From a virus: a DNA stretch of 64,000 nt. Shown piece after piece: positions 25,672 through 37,159 of this stretch. A program made the position numbers and the translations under genes. The notes under the pieces were generated by a model. It was given only the letters and a program-made list of their open reading frames with translations, was not told the origin of the DNA and did not search any database. The number at the start of each line of letters is the position of its first letter. Position 1 is the stretch's first letter. The stretch covers positions 1 to 64,000 of IMG/VR virus record IMGVR_UViG_3300020020_000027, one strand, 5' to 3'.

Positions 25672-27462
25672 TTGGAGCTTTTGAATTATATGGAACTTAA
25701 CGCCTGGGATTACTTTGAAATTCGATTTGATCCGAATCCAAGTGGTACTTACTTAAATGGTTACTGGACATGCTACGCTGAGCCAGGTTACGATGGATCG
25801 GGCTCAAGTCCACTGGAAGCAATGGCCGAATGCATGATTGCCATGTCCAAAGCATTGATAGAACAATCGAATGCAGATAAGAAGAACAAAGAGGCCGAAT
25901 GAAGATAGTAAAACCAACTAATCCACCCACTATGGCTGTAATTGTAGATACAGTCATTCATGATGAATTAGTTTTTAACATAACTCCATCACATATCGAG
26001 CATACCCGAATAGATTTAGTTTGGGTTAGTAAGGGTATGGTAGGAGTACTAATTGGCACACCAGAATTAGTGGGAGCTGCCATACCGCCAGCTATCAAGC
26101 CTGGCATGCGAATAGTCGCCAAGATAACTATCCATCCTAGTGTGGTACACATATACGAAGACAACATCGAGGAGATCTGATGGAACAGTTAGAACCATAC
26201 AAAACTGAGATAGAATTCGCCGATGTTAAAGTTGAAATTATGTTTGACGGGTTCTGTCTGACAGTAATGTCAGAATCCAAGTACGTTTTCGCTGCATCGG
26301 TTAATGATCCATCTGTGTCCGATCGAGGAAATGCTTGCCTTTTGCTGTTCGATCCGGATGAGTTGGCTACTAGACTAGACGATGAAGAGGAAACATCTGA
26401 CGAATTCTGTTTGGTTCGAGACTTAGATTACTCCATCTGCAATCTTCCTAGAGGACACGAAGGAGTAGTGCATCAAGAGGTACTTGAGGATGGAACGCTG
26501 TGGGCGGAATGGCGCTCAATCACAAAATACAGCGAAACCAACCGAGCAGAAAAGTATCTTACTCCTAGCGAAAGATCACCAAATGTGGTGAAAGATAGTT
26601 TTAATGAATGAAGAGGAACCAAAGACAAGAAAAAGTGCGGTCTATAACGTTAATGAAGTAATTTTGAACGACTCTGAATCTTGGAAGGACGGAGCTATAA
26701 GGCAGTCAATCCGAGATATTATTGAAGAGTTGGAAGACGTCACTATTTCTGGTTGGTCTAGTTATTTAGATGATGAAATGTCAAAGAAGAAGAAGAAGAA
26801 GAAGAAATCAAGATGGCAGCGCAAAGACAAATGAACATTGAACTTTGGTATTGTACCTGTATTAAGGGCAAGAATGATGGATTCAAGAATCTTGGGCAGC
26901 AACACTGGGTTCACTCAGTTTGCCTCAAACCAACCTATCTATTTTGGATTAATCAAGTGTTGATTGAAAAGTACTGGAGCGAGCTCGATGAAATCATTGA
27001 GCGAATAATCGACCAAAGCGAACTAGATGATGGCCTAGACAAGGGACGAGCCGAGACGGCTTGTTTATTCATTGCCATGTTACTCCGACCACACAATCCC
27101 AGCGTCAAAGACGTACGTGATATGGCAGTCAAGCGTTATAGGGACAGACATGTCATTAGATCCGGTATTGCAGGCTGAGAAGTCCTGCCGCAGTTGTCGC
27201 CGTCCAATTTTTTGGTATCCAACAATTGGATGGATACACGATGAATTAATGCAATACGTCAATCAGGAAAATACTTGTGATTCCGCACATCCAGTATCAT
27301 GCGGGTCGCATCGCAGAGGAGCTTGTCCTCATGGATGGACCTGACTTACGCAAGAAGAAAATAATTCATCGAGTTATCGAACGAATCGATGCAAGAATCT
27401 TAATTCTGGTGGCAATCCGCAACCGTCTGGCCGAGCTGGAGCAAAAAGATCAAGGATCTTGA
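25672..27462 (+). CDS. Cluster of about 7 small hypothetical ORFs (25672-25902, 25899-26180, 26180-26611, 26604-26834, 26831-27178, and others)
   Basis: Tightly coupled same-strand ORFs; no recognisable families. Confidence 0.5.
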
Positions 27463-27523
27463 TTCGGACCCTACCCCTACCCTAGACACGTAGATCAACA
27501 GGGCTCAGATTGGACACAAAACG

Positions 27524-27982
27524 GTGAAGTTAAAATTCGATGTAACAAAAAACTCCCGAATAATGGCTATAGACCCGGGAGTTACTTGCGGTTTTGCTTC
27601 AACTGGTCCGATGATGTCTGATCTTAAGGTTTTCCAGAAAAAATTCATTATGCATGATGACTTCATCGAGGTCATAAACGAATTTTACCCTGACATCCTA
27701 GTCATCGAGAAGTTCGTCATGACACATAGAGATAAAACGGACTTCACAGCAATTGAATACATCGGGTTGGGCAGATGGTTTGCCCAACGTCGAAAAATTC
27801 CATTTGTATTACAAACGCCTGGACTTGGTAAAGGTTACTTTACTAATGATAAACTCAAGCGCTTGGGTGTATACGTGCCGGGTAAGCCCCATGCCATGGA
27901 TGCCACCCGTCATTTGTATCAATTTATGATTCTCAACGAACTCTTTGACCTGACACTACTAAAGGAATCACGTGACAGTTAA
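27524..27982 (+). CDS. RuvC-like Holliday junction resolvase
   Basis: IMAIDPGVTCG, LVIEKF, HAMDATRH. Confidence 0.85.
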   Translation: MKLKFDVTKNSRIMAIDPGVTCGFASTGPMMSDLKVFQKKFIMHDDFIEVINEFYPDILVIEKFVMTHRDKTDFTAIEYIGLGRWFAQRRKIPFVLQTPGLGKGYFTNDKLKRLGVYVPGKPHAMDATRHLYQFMILNELFDLTLLKESRDS

Positions 27983-28102
27983 ATTTAGTTTTTCTTTAAG
28001 GTATTTTGTTCTCGGAGCATATCTGGATCGTACCTTAAAGACAGTGCACATATATCCACTACCGTTTGTTAGAATTTCTTTCTCAGACAGATAGGGAATA
28101 AT

Positions 28103-28378
28103 ATGGAAAAAGTTTATCTATTGGGCAGCGAATACAAGGATGACAATCAAAAAGATACGATCATCTATGGAAACATAAACGATGCGATATCTCATGCTAA
28201 GGATTTTATACAAAGAATGTGTAACGCTAAGAGCAAGATAAAGCAACTTGACGTTGATGGGTATGTATACTTTGGCATCAATCTTTCTGAAGGTATTCTA
28301 GTTTACGTGCAAGAGAAGACCATTGTATACACTACATCATCTTCATATTCATTTGGTCCACCAACTTTAGTTGAATAG
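28103..28378 (+). CDS. Hypothetical protein
   Basis: AGGGA RBS; last rightward gene of the arm. Confidence 0.55.
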   Translation: MEKVYLLGSEYKDDNQKDTIIYGNINDAISHAKDFIQRMCNAKSKIKQLDVDGYVYFGINLSEGILVYVQEKTIVYTTSSSYSFGPPTLVE

Positions 28379-28380
28379 AA

Positions 28381-28409
28381 TGGCCGGGCTATATGCCCGG
28401 CCAATTTTT
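28381..28409. terminator. Intrinsic terminator between convergent arms
   Basis: TGGCCGGGC-TATAT-GCCCGGCCA followed by ATTTTT. Confidence 0.75.
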
Positions 28410-28773
28410 ACTTTGGTCCCAACACACCCGTCTTGTGTGCATCCTCAAATGGTGACACCTGATGTCTCGTCATCAAAGCGAGGAACGACAGCACTAGCAA
28501 GTTGAATGAACCAACTTGTTCTTGGGTCAAATCTAGACCGTATGCGCCTGCCAGAGCTACCGCTGAGGACACAGCGTAAGTGAATACTTGTGGGGCTATG
28601 GGTCGCGTTCTCCATGCCGCGATAGCACCAAAAACAGCACTAATGAACGTTATTATCAGGGCTGCTTGCTCGGGGGAGAGGAAGCCCAAACCGAATGTAA
28701 CAAGAAAATTTATCGCACCTGCTATAACAGCAAACCATAAAGTAAATTCTCTACCTAGTATATTCTTCATCAT
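28408..28773 (-). CDS. Holin
   Basis: Four hydrophobic segments, GRE..TRHQVSP; directly after the endolysin. Confidence 0.8.
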   Translation of the reverse strand: MMKNILGREFTLWFAVIAGAINFLVTFGLGFLSPEQAALIITFISAVFGAIAAWRTRPIAPQVFTYAVSSAVALAGAYGLDLTQEQVGSFNLLVLSFLALMTRHQVSPFEDAHKTGVLGPK

Positions 28774-28808
28774 AGTACTTACCCCTTTGTATTATGTTCA
28801 AGTTAATG

Positions 28809-29678
28809 TCACTCCTGCTCAAGAACATCGACTTGAATTTGTGTAGCCGGTAGGGTTACGGTAGTGTTAGGGAAATTAATCACAGCTTTGAGTGGCCAAT
28901 CAATTGTAGTACTTCCAGAACCATTCTTTATTTGACACAGTTGCTGTAACCTCGCCCATGCGTCAGCACCATATATTCTGCCATCACCACCAGTAACAAT
29001 ACGAGAAAGTGCCGATGCAGTTTCATCGCCATAGTCGCTGTCCGGACCAGCCACAGGAAGACATGCAGGATCAAATTGAAGAAGTTGTAGTTGCATAGCC
29101 CTTACTTTTTCACCGACGTCGCTATATTTACAGAACATATCATCGTCTCCAATTCCAGCTACAATAGCCAAATACTGTTCTTTTGTTTCGCCTCTTAGGG
29201 CAGACAAAATAGCATCCGCTGCCACCATGTCTTCGACGTATTTGCGGCGGATTTCTCCATGAACGTGCCATTTGTGATCAGGTGTAGTGATCGATATTCC
29301 CTTGGTGACAAAGTCATATCGTTTGGCGTCACCACTACCAAACCAACCATTGAAAGCATTGAGATATATTCTGCGAGGATCGGTGACATCATTCCATACC
29401 CACCACAACCGATCACTGCACAAGGTCATGTCTCTGGTATTCATTGACATGTCAATGGCCGCAGCCAAATCACGTGGCCATTTTCCCGGAGGGGCTTTAT
29501 CATCGGGACGAATCACTGAGTAGTTAGTCGAAGACTGGTCTTCGATTGATATGTGGTACCCTCCCCGAGCCTGATGGGCAGGGTCGCCCACAATGCCCGA
29601 AAGCACTGCCGAAGGGTAATAGCTTTCCCAATTGCTGGCAATATACCTAGTAGTAGCATGCGCTTTGGTTGTCATCAC
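28809..29678 (-). CDS. Endolysin (Zn-peptidase-like plus PG-binding domain)
   Basis: GIVGDPAH..YH..AAID..HKWHVH; C-terminal GEKVRAMQ..DSDYGDET. Confidence 0.8.
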   Translation of the reverse strand: MMTTKAHATTRYIASNWESYYPSAVLSGIVGDPAHQARGGYHISIEDQSSTNYSVIRPDDKAPPGKWPRDLAAAIDMSMNTRDMTLCSDRLWWVWNDVTDPRRIYLNAFNGWFGSGDAKRYDFVTKGISITTPDHKWHVHGEIRRKYVEDMVAADAILSALRGETKEQYLAIVAGIGDDDMFCKYSDVGEKVRAMQLQLLQFDPACLPVAGPDSDYGDETASALSRIVTGGDGRIYGADAWARLQQLCQIKNGSGSTTIDWPLKAVINFPNTTVTLPATQIQVDVLEQE

Positions 29679-29923
29679 GGTACCGCAATCACATCGTAAT
29701 TTGGCTCTTCGGCTGCCCGATATCTGTTCTTCTCCCCTACGGTGTAGACCTCCATGGCTTCTTCATCACGTACAGTGAATGAGTCATTGAACCAATCATA
29801 TATCCAACACTTATTACCTTGTTTGTCTACTAAAAGTATTCCTTTAGGGAACCTCGAAATCATGATTTCCCCGTTTAGTGGACCACCAAAACAAATTCCT
29901 TCATAGTACAGATTTTCATCCAT
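29675..29923 (-). CDS. Hypothetical protein
   Basis: CFGGPLNG motif; coupled to neighbours. Confidence 0.6.
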   Translation of the reverse strand: MDENLYYEGICFGGPLNGEIMISRFPKGILLVDKQGNKCWIYDWFNDSFTVRDEEAMEVYTVGEKNRYRAAEEPNYDVIAVP

Positions 29924-30524
29924 CGGTTTGGCTCCTTACTCGCTGACCACCAACCATATTTATTCTAGGCAAAGCACGCTCTCGAATACTTGTGTTACGT
30001 GCCCTAAGTTCATCACTTTTGGGTGCTCTAGGACTAGGCAAATCCGGTGCCGCCAGACCAGCCCTTCTAGCACGAATCAAATCTCTTTTTTCTCGAACAC
30101 GAACTTGATCTATAGGTGAACGCTGCTTTATTACTTGAATCGGATTGTTATCCACTGCATTGATATATTCGTCAGGGAAGCCCGCAGCTTGTAACCTGTT
30201 CTTCAATGTTTGAGGATCGTCAGTAGGAGTCATTGGACCCAATGCAACCTTCGCCGCAGCCAACCGTTCCCGTTTTTGTTGTCTAGCCATTGTAGCATTC
30301 GGATGATCATCATCTCTAGGCATTATCGATTCGTAAATAGCAAACTCTGCTAGTTCATCTTCATCGTTTATTTCATATTCGGCCGAAAGCCATTCCATCC
30401 GCTGTGGTGGAATCGACAGCCCATTATACTCAATTGTCATATCGTCATTAACTATTTCCCGGACAACTTCTATTCTTTTTGCTTCCTGGTTATATCTTGC
30501 GCAAATGACCCTCATCTCACGCAT
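29916..30524 (-). CDS. Hypothetical protein (tail region)
   Basis: Coupled ORF in the tail operon. Confidence 0.6.
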   Translation of the reverse strand: MREMRVICARYNQEAKRIEVVREIVNDDMTIEYNGLSIPPQRMEWLSAEYEINDEDELAEFAIYESIMPRDDDHPNATMARQQKRERLAAAKVALGPMTPTDDPQTLKNRLQAAGFPDEYINAVDNNPIQVIKQRSPIDQVRVREKRDLIRARRAGLAAPDLPSPRAPKSDELRARNTSIRERALPRINMVGGQRVRSQTDG

Positions 30525-31264
30525 TAACTACACCTCACAACAAAGAAGTTTACCAACTTGCTGCTACCAGTAGAACCGAATCGAACAGTAAAATCTGATG
30601 TCGAGTATCCATCCAAACTCCATTGCAATGTGCTGCCTGACTGATGTACAGTAATTATTGGTAGCATAGGATCGGCGAATGGCGTAAAATAAGCATGTGT
30701 CCATGTAGAGAAACCAGAGCTTGCCAGGAATACTCCAGGATAAAATGTTTGTCTGTTATCGTATTGCCATGAGTCTCGTATTTTACCTTTAAGCAGAATT
30801 ATTTCTGGTATGACTGGATCTACCCCCAGCCAAACATATGATTCATTTCCACCAAATGGTAGATGGGAAAGCATACCAAATCTTCTGGTCAGGATTACCT
30901 TACCACCATCCTGAAAAAGATCAGCTAACCTTTCTACTTGTATCTGTACAGCTTGATCCTTGTCTGGTGGTATACCAAAATCAAAGCCGAACCAGGATAT
31001 TTCATGGGTATCATTATCACCTAATGGGAACATGCGAATTTCCGGAACAGAACCATGCATGATTCTAAGCACAGTCGTTCCGTCTGATTCTTTAACCTTA
31101 ATGTCTCCATTAAGTACGATCAGATCACCATCCTCAATTGAGGTGTGACCAATCCGCAAGCCAACTTCAGAATTCCTTACTCTTTCAGTAAGATCCTTAA
31201 CATATTCGATAATATCTGGTTGTCCACGAAGTCTTGTAGGCTCAGCGTCATATCTATTACTCAT
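30524..31264 (-). CDS. Minor tail protein
   Basis: N-terminal helix then beta-rich region, C-terminal H-type-lectin-like STSDFTVRF; synteny. Confidence 0.65.
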   Translation of the reverse strand: MSNRYDAEPTRLRGQPDIIEYVKDLTERVRNSEVGLRIGHTSIEDGDLIVLNGDIKVKESDGTTVLRIMHGSVPEIRMFPLGDNDTHEISWFGFDFGIPPDKDQAVQIQVERLADLFQDGGKVILTRRFGMLSHLPFGGNESYVWLGVDPVIPEIILLKGKIRDSWQYDNRQTFYPGVFLASSGFSTWTHAYFTPFADPMLPIITVHQSGSTLQWSLDGYSTSDFTVRFGSTGSSKLVNFFVVRCS

Positions 31265-32331
31265 GAAACATCACCCTCAAACATTAGTCGAACATATTCT
31301 ACGTGATCATCACTGGGTGGGTAATACTCCCAGCCTAAAATTCTAGAATTAAATATTAAATTAGATCCGATATGTGATGGATCATTAAAATGAATTTCTG
31401 CTTTATCGCCCAATCCATAGCTACCAAACTGCGGCTCCAGGTCACCCTTGACCTCAACCGTGTAAACCGGTACTCCGGCCTTCCTAAACCTTGACGCTTG
31501 TACAGTCAATCCGGTAAGCAAACCTGCATCAGATATGTCTTTAAAGCTAAGTGCCACATCGTATCTAGGAAAATTCGAGTTAATTAGATCTGTATGTATC
31601 ACTTCTTGGGTCAGCATAGACGAGCCCTCGCCCGCGCCTACTCCGTAGATATGGGTGGCCCTGCCGGACATGGAGCCGTTGTTCCAGTAGTTTGTAATTT
31701 CGCCATCGTAATACAATATTAGCGGCTCATTTGAACCTAGGGTGGGATAACCAATTCTCAAAGTCTTAGTAAAAGCTCCTTCGCTTTCCGCGACATCTAT
31801 GGTCCAATCGAAACCATCATCGCCATTAGCAACGCTATCCATGGCTTGGCGGTATCGCTTAAATTCTACTCCCTTTACCATAAGGGTCTTGAGTACCACA
31901 TCAGGAAAAGATGAAGGTAGGGTTACTTGCCAACTGTTTGAATCGGACATCATTGAAGTCCAAAGATTTAGAAATATATTACGCTGCTCAACTTCTATTT
32001 CTTCAATGTCAACTAAAATCAATCGAGCTTCAGGATAGCTTTCAAAAGCTTTGCAATATAACTCATAAATCTTTGCTTGACTCTGATAAGTTCTGGTCCA
32101 CACGATCCCGCCCCAAATCGGCTGGGTATCACGTAAACACATTACATAGCATCTTCCCTCTTCAGTAGCCGACATCAAATCACTATTGTCTTTACCGGTC
32201 TGATCTAATTGAAATGAACCACGCAATTCACCTTGACCAAATCCACGAGTCATTGACACACCCTGAAGACGAATTTCTTCAATTATTTGTCCAGTCAGCA
32301 TGTCACCAAAAACGTAAGCAATATCCGCCAT
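31261..32331 (-). CDS. Minor tail/baseplate hub protein (ReqiPepy6 gp37-like)
   Basis: PIWGGIVW, GFDWTID, GAGEG, YGLGD; synteny. Confidence 0.75.
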   Translation of the reverse strand: MADIAYVFGDMLTGQIIEEIRLQGVSMTRGFGQGELRGSFQLDQTGKDNSDLMSATEEGRCYVMCLRDTQPIWGGIVWTRTYQSQAKIYELYCKAFESYPEARLILVDIEEIEVEQRNIFLNLWTSMMSDSNSWQVTLPSSFPDVVLKTLMVKGVEFKRYRQAMDSVANGDDGFDWTIDVAESEGAFTKTLRIGYPTLGSNEPLILYYDGEITNYWNNGSMSGRATHIYGVGAGEGSSMLTQEVIHTDLINSNFPRYDVALSFKDISDAGLLTGLTVQASRFRKAGVPVYTVEVKGDLEPQFGSYGLGDKAEIHFNDPSHIGSNLIFNSRILGWEYYPPSDDHVEYVRLMFEGDVS

Positions 32332-32339
32332 AAGCTCTC

Positions 32340-33521
32340 CTAGATAAAACCATATAAAGCAAAACTCGATCCAGCAATAAAGCTTCCTGCTCCAGGCACC
32401 AATCTAATCGAAGTAATTGCCGCAGAACTGCGCCATCTACCCATAGCATTACGTGTTACCAAGGATCCAGTCGCAGTACCATTGCTCCATGAACTTTGGT
32501 TAATTGATAGCTTTAAGAATGTAGTAGATGCATACCAAGGAATGTCAATAGTGAATATTGCTGGATGACTCGCCGTAGTACCGGCTGCTGGCATCTCACG
32601 CATGGGGATGCCAATTTGGGCCAACGACTCAACAGCAGCCGTAGCAGCCTGCTGACCTGCCATCTCCTGGTAGTCATAGTTCGCAGCAGTGTCTCCGTTG
32701 AATTGCATGAACAGGTTTGTCTGAACACCTGCTGTATCAGATCTACAAAGCACATACAACCTTAAGTTTCTATACGTCGCTGGAATGGATGAGAAAGTAA
32801 CTGACGCAGTCGTTCCTACCAAGACCGATTCATTTATCTTAGCAAATCCAGCAGGATATACTTGGTTATATGCCGCACCATCCCAAATATATTCCCGGCC
32901 AACATCCATAGACCAAACACGCTGTCCGGCAGATATCTCAGTGCTTCCTGGACGGGTAGCATCGCTTCTTGCCCTTATTTGTCCACCAAGGGCTGCCATA
33001 TATATTCTGGTGTCAGTTATTTCACCATTAGTAATAGCCGTATCGTTGGCAGCAACCGCCACCTGTGCAACAGTAATAGAATTAGCCGGAGCTGCTGGTA
33101 CTGCTGGAGATGAAGCAGGAGTACCAGTTATTACCTGAAGCTGTACATCATTGCTTGCCCCACTGTATTGTGCATCACGTACATTAACGACAACGATATC
33201 AATTCGGGCCAAGGTAGCATGGGCGGCGGCGATGCTCAAAGTTACCTGAGCATCATTGACAGCGAAATAGTTTCCTTGTGTGCTGCTCTCTGAACCAGGA
33301 ATAGAGCACGCTCCCGATCCCACCAGCACAGTCATGTTGGGTGAACCCGCCTGAGTGACGGCAAACTCAGTACCGAAGCCCTGATGCACTCCGCCTCGGG
33401 CTCTTAGTGATGTTGCAGAGGAAAAAGTTCCGGCCTGAAGCGATGCCAAATACATCCGCATCTGCGCCGCTGTATGCGTGCTCAGCGCCTGTATCCAACC
33501 GGGCGGATTTAGAATTGTCAT
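32340..33521 (-). CDS. Minor tail protein
   Basis: VTQAGSPNMTVLV..RIDIVV..GTPASSPAVP..ITDTR typical of actinophage minor tail proteins. Confidence 0.8.
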   Translation of the reverse strand: MTILNPPGWIQALSTHTAAQMRMYLASLQAGTFSSATSLRARGGVHQGFGTEFAVTQAGSPNMTVLVGSGACSIPGSESSTQGNYFAVNDAQVTLSIAAAHATLARIDIVVVNVRDAQYSGASNDVQLQVITGTPASSPAVPAAPANSITVAQVAVAANDTAITNGEITDTRIYMAALGGQIRARSDATRPGSTEISAGQRVWSMDVGREYIWDGAAYNQVYPAGFAKINESVLVGTTASVTFSSIPATYRNLRLYVLCRSDTAGVQTNLFMQFNGDTAANYDYQEMAGQQAATAAVESLAQIGIPMREMPAAGTTASHPAIFTIDIPWYASTTFLKLSINQSSWSNGTATGSLVTRNAMGRWRSSAAITSIRLVPGAGSFIAGSSFALYGFI

Positions 33522-33522
33522 A

Positions 33523-34383
33523 TTATCTCCAAGCCGAACGGAAGCTAACGTTCAACGAACTACCCACACCAGCTGACGCACCATAGCGAATAAATGTGCT
33601 TCCGGGATTCAAGAAAAACCATTCGAAGTTGGTCATGGTGTTTCTTCGATTAACTGTACCATTCAATCGTACTGTTTTATATAAAGCATCTATCACCAAG
33701 GTTTCGCCTGCGGCTAAGTCTATATTGAAAGCTAAAATATTACCATAAGTTTCATCACGTATTGATGGACTGGTAGACGGACCGGTAATGGTAAAGATTG
33801 GTGGTGTCGGTCTATTGCCTGCATTGTTGACAAAGCTTCCATCTGGTGATGCCGCCCCACCAAAGCTGAGATCAAAATCTAAGTTGAACCCAAAACCCGT
33901 AAGTGACCCAGCTGTGAATGGAATATCAACTAAGTTAGATGTCGAAGTATAAATTCTTGGGTCCTCAGCGAACATTTTGAATTGAGCTTTAGCTTGACCC
34001 GTACGTCTGATCTGTTCCCAATCGTACTTAACTCCCAATGGCTTTACGTATACTACTCTTTCATCTAATCCTGGTACTTTAAAATAAAATGGTAATGTAA
34101 CTCTGCTGGGCGCAAAATTGAATTTCAGTGAGTCCAGATAAGTTTCCATTGTACCAGAATCAGTGAAGATTTCAGCATTTATTAGTATGTCCCGCCCACG
34201 CTCAAATTCAGCATCCATGAATCCGCCATCTGCACCTTCATGCTCTCTTCGCGTTTCGCGGTATGGTGCATTATCCAGTCCTATCACGGTAATGACATCA
34301 ACGAAGGGCAAACCCGAGGAACTAGAGTTAAGCACAATCCCTGAGTTCCCCAACATAAACGTGAGATCTTCGGTTAATGTCAT
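33523..34383 (-). CDS. Distal tail (Dit-like) protein
   Basis: Follows tape measure; AEDPRIY, NAGNRPTPP..GP, FRSAW. Confidence 0.8.
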   Translation of the reverse strand: MTLTEDLTFMLGNSGIVLNSSSSGLPFVDVITVIGLDNAPYRETRREHEGADGGFMDAEFERGRDILINAEIFTDSGTMETYLDSLKFNFAPSRVTLPFYFKVPGLDERVVYVKPLGVKYDWEQIRRTGQAKAQFKMFAEDPRIYTSTSNLVDIPFTAGSLTGFGFNLDFDLSFGGAASPDGSFVNNAGNRPTPPIFTITGPSTSPSIRDETYGNILAFNIDLAAGETLVIDALYKTVRLNGTVNRRNTMTNFEWFFLNPGSTFIRYGASAGVGSSLNVSFRSAWR

Positions 34384-34391
34384 TTAGGACC

Positions 34392-37151
34392 TCATAGCCT
34401 ATTACCCAGCTCGAACCCAAGCTCCTCAGCGTGGATTCTCGGGTTGATTTCCTGCGTACTTACTGTGATGTTTTGAATTATGGTCTTCTCCTGCACCGGA
34501 ACACCAGCAAATGCGGTAGTGGGAACAGTAAAAGTAGGAGCTGCTAGTTGTCCGATCTGTCCCGTTACTCCCTGTAGCTGAGCCTTTATCACAGGGATCT
34601 GACTCATCAGACCATTCAAGAATCCCTGCATGATATTCTTACCCACTGGAACCAAGAGCTTGAGGTCAACAGACTTTGGCCCCTTGACCTTAGGGATCAT
34701 ATCGGTAATCTCTTTAAGTTTCTCTCGCAGATCCTTAACTTTCTCAGTGATACCTCTAATAAAGCCCAGAATCAAGTTTCTACCAGCGTCAATCAACCAA
34801 TCGCCAGCATTCTTAAAGAAATCAAGTAGCGGCTTGACTGCATTACGGACGGAGTCAACAATGTCTCTCCACGCACCACCAAATTTATCCCGGACACTGT
34901 TGGCCACATCAAAAACAAAGTCTCGCACCTTCTGTGCCCATCCACTTACCACATTGAACACGTCTCGCCAGAACGAAAGCGAAGCATCGTATACCTTGTG
35001 CCAAGCATCGGATATCTTCTGGGCTATTGGGTTTATCCAGTCCTTTATTATCTCACTAATCAACGTGGTAAAGAATCTAATTACATCAAGAATTAAACCG
35101 AACACTTCGCGGAATAGATCAGTTAGTGGCCTCAATCTATCCGCAACATTCTGGGCAACCTCCATGATAAATCCGACGACTCGGTCACGTAGATTAACAA
35201 AGAATGATACCACAGCATTGAAAGCTATAACTATCCACGACCACAGTGTCTTGAGGGCATTGACAAAAGCAAAGACACTTAATATTACCCCCGCAATTAT
35301 AGTGACGAAGGCCAACAAAGGTGCCGCAAGCATCACTGCGCCTATGATTAGCATCCACTTCACCAGTTGCGCAGCGAAGGCAAGGAACGGTCGGATAGAA
35401 TCGGAATTCTTCTCCCACCATTCGGCCATCTTATTTATTGCAGGGATAACAAAGTTGTTTATTACATCAGCTATATACTCGAATGCCTGTCCTGCAAGGT
35501 CTTGAATTATTCGAGCAGATTCTTTAATCTTGGGTACAACAACCTCAACCCAAATTTGAATAAACCTTCTCACTGCTGGAAGGATCTTATTTTCGATCAC
35601 TTCCCACAGTCGCTCAAGCGCTGGCCTAAGGTTACTGTCGAACGATTTCTGTACACTCTGTGCTGCCTGCATCGCCGTGCGCCAGAAATCAACAATAACT
35701 CTATTTATTTGCGATATGATATCTCTAAATTGTTGACTGTTCTTCCAAGCTAGAACGAACGCTGTACCGAATGCCAAAATAGCAGCAGTTACTGCGGCAA
35801 TTGCCGCTAGTATTGCTACCAACGCGGTACCCGCCAGCATAATTCCGGAGACGAAGAAAGCCAATACACCAATTAGAACGACCAGTACACCAACTGCAAT
35901 TGATATTACTGATCCCCATAGGAGCACTTGGGCAATGACATTCTTTACTGGCTCGGGTAGCCGCTCAAACGCATCCAGTACCCGTCCTAGGATGGTCATG
36001 AATTGAATCAAATGCGGCATTACTGCGCGGCCAAGTGTTTCTTTTATAAGTTTCCACTTGTTCTCTAGCAATACCGTCTTTGCTGCTACACTATTAGCCA
36101 TAGTTTCGTAAGAATTTTGGAATACTCCGGTAGAGTTGGTCATGAAACCCATCATCTCTTCGAAGTCACCAAAGTTCTTAAATGCTGTGTCCCAGAACCT
36201 CCTGGCCTGAATTGTGCCGCCTGCACCTTTGAACAATTCTTGGAAGAATGCCGCTCGCTCAGGCTGTGCCATCTCAGCAAGCTTTTTGTTCATTTGGGTC
36301 ATGACCTCAATTAGAGGTAAGAATTCTCCTCTTGCGTCTCTGACCTTTATTCCGATTTGTTCCAGTCGACCAACTGTAGTTGGGTGGGCGAAAGATTCCA
36401 AAGCTCTTGCTGCTGAAGCAGCAGCCATAGCAGCAGACAAACCGTTTCGGGTGAGGAATGCCAGCATGGCACCCAATGTCTCAATGGACTGTCCAGATCT
36501 AGCCGCAGCAGGGAGCGCTCTACCAATGACGTTAGACAATTCCTCATAGGTGATAACACCCTTTCGAACAATTTGGAACTGTACATCCTGAATACGACCA
36601 AGGTCTTTCGTACTCAAGCCCAAAGAGTTCAAGATTGCAATGTTAGATCTGGCTGCATTTTCAATAGTAGTTTGTCCAGCAACCGCTTCCTTGGCAAAAC
36701 CTTTAAGTAATTGTTCAGATTCAGCTAGAGTTACATTCATCGATGAGAAGACAAAGAACAGAGTTTCTTGCATCTGCTCAAACGGAATTTCAACCTCGCG
36801 GGCTACCCTCCGGCCAACCGCAGCCAAGTCTTCCAGACTGATGGAAACATCATCGACCTGAGTCTTAGTCGCGCGCACTTGCTTTTCGTAAGCTACTGCA
36901 ACATCGGAAGCACTTTTAAGGAAATGTAGTCCTGCAACTCCCATACCGGCCATGGCAGTACCGGCTAGCATTGACGTCATAGCGAATTGCTGCATAGTCA
37001 ATGCTAACCGCTGCATACTCCGATCAAAATTACTCATATTAGAAGCCGCAGCATTTGCCGCAGATCCAACGTTATTGCCAAATGAGCGTATAATCCTACT
37101 AGCTTCGTCCCTGGCACGAAGCACGATCCATAGATCACGGGTTATGGCCAT
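34392..37151 (-). CDS. Tape measure protein
   Basis: 919 aa, TP901-type core, hydrophobic segment, W/F-spaced helical repeats. Confidence 0.95.
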   Translation of the reverse strand: MAITRDLWIVLRARDEASRIIRSFGNNVGSAANAAASNMSNFDRSMQRLALTMQQFAMTSMLAGTAMAGMGVAGLHFLKSASDVAVAYEKQVRATKTQVDDVSISLEDLAAVGRRVAREVEIPFEQMQETLFFVFSSMNVTLAESEQLLKGFAKEAVAGQTTIENAARSNIAILNSLGLSTKDLGRIQDVQFQIVRKGVITYEELSNVIGRALPAAARSGQSIETLGAMLAFLTRNGLSAAMAAASAARALESFAHPTTVGRLEQIGIKVRDARGEFLPLIEVMTQMNKKLAEMAQPERAAFFQELFKGAGGTIQARRFWDTAFKNFGDFEEMMGFMTNSTGVFQNSYETMANSVAAKTVLLENKWKLIKETLGRAVMPHLIQFMTILGRVLDAFERLPEPVKNVIAQVLLWGSVISIAVGVLVVLIGVLAFFVSGIMLAGTALVAILAAIAAVTAAILAFGTAFVLAWKNSQQFRDIISQINRVIVDFWRTAMQAAQSVQKSFDSNLRPALERLWEVIENKILPAVRRFIQIWVEVVVPKIKESARIIQDLAGQAFEYIADVINNFVIPAINKMAEWWEKNSDSIRPFLAFAAQLVKWMLIIGAVMLAAPLLAFVTIIAGVILSVFAFVNALKTLWSWIVIAFNAVVSFFVNLRDRVVGFIMEVAQNVADRLRPLTDLFREVFGLILDVIRFFTTLISEIIKDWINPIAQKISDAWHKVYDASLSFWRDVFNVVSGWAQKVRDFVFDVANSVRDKFGGAWRDIVDSVRNAVKPLLDFFKNAGDWLIDAGRNLILGFIRGITEKVKDLREKLKEITDMIPKVKGPKSVDLKLLVPVGKNIMQGFLNGLMSQIPVIKAQLQGVTGQIGQLAAPTFTVPTTAFAGVPVQEKTIIQNITVSTQEINPRIHAEELGFELGNRL

Positions 37152-37159
37152 TTAGCACC

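Noticed and set aside
26783-26808. (AAG)n run encoding poly-Lys
   Set aside because: In-frame low-complexity basic tail with no sign of phase variation.
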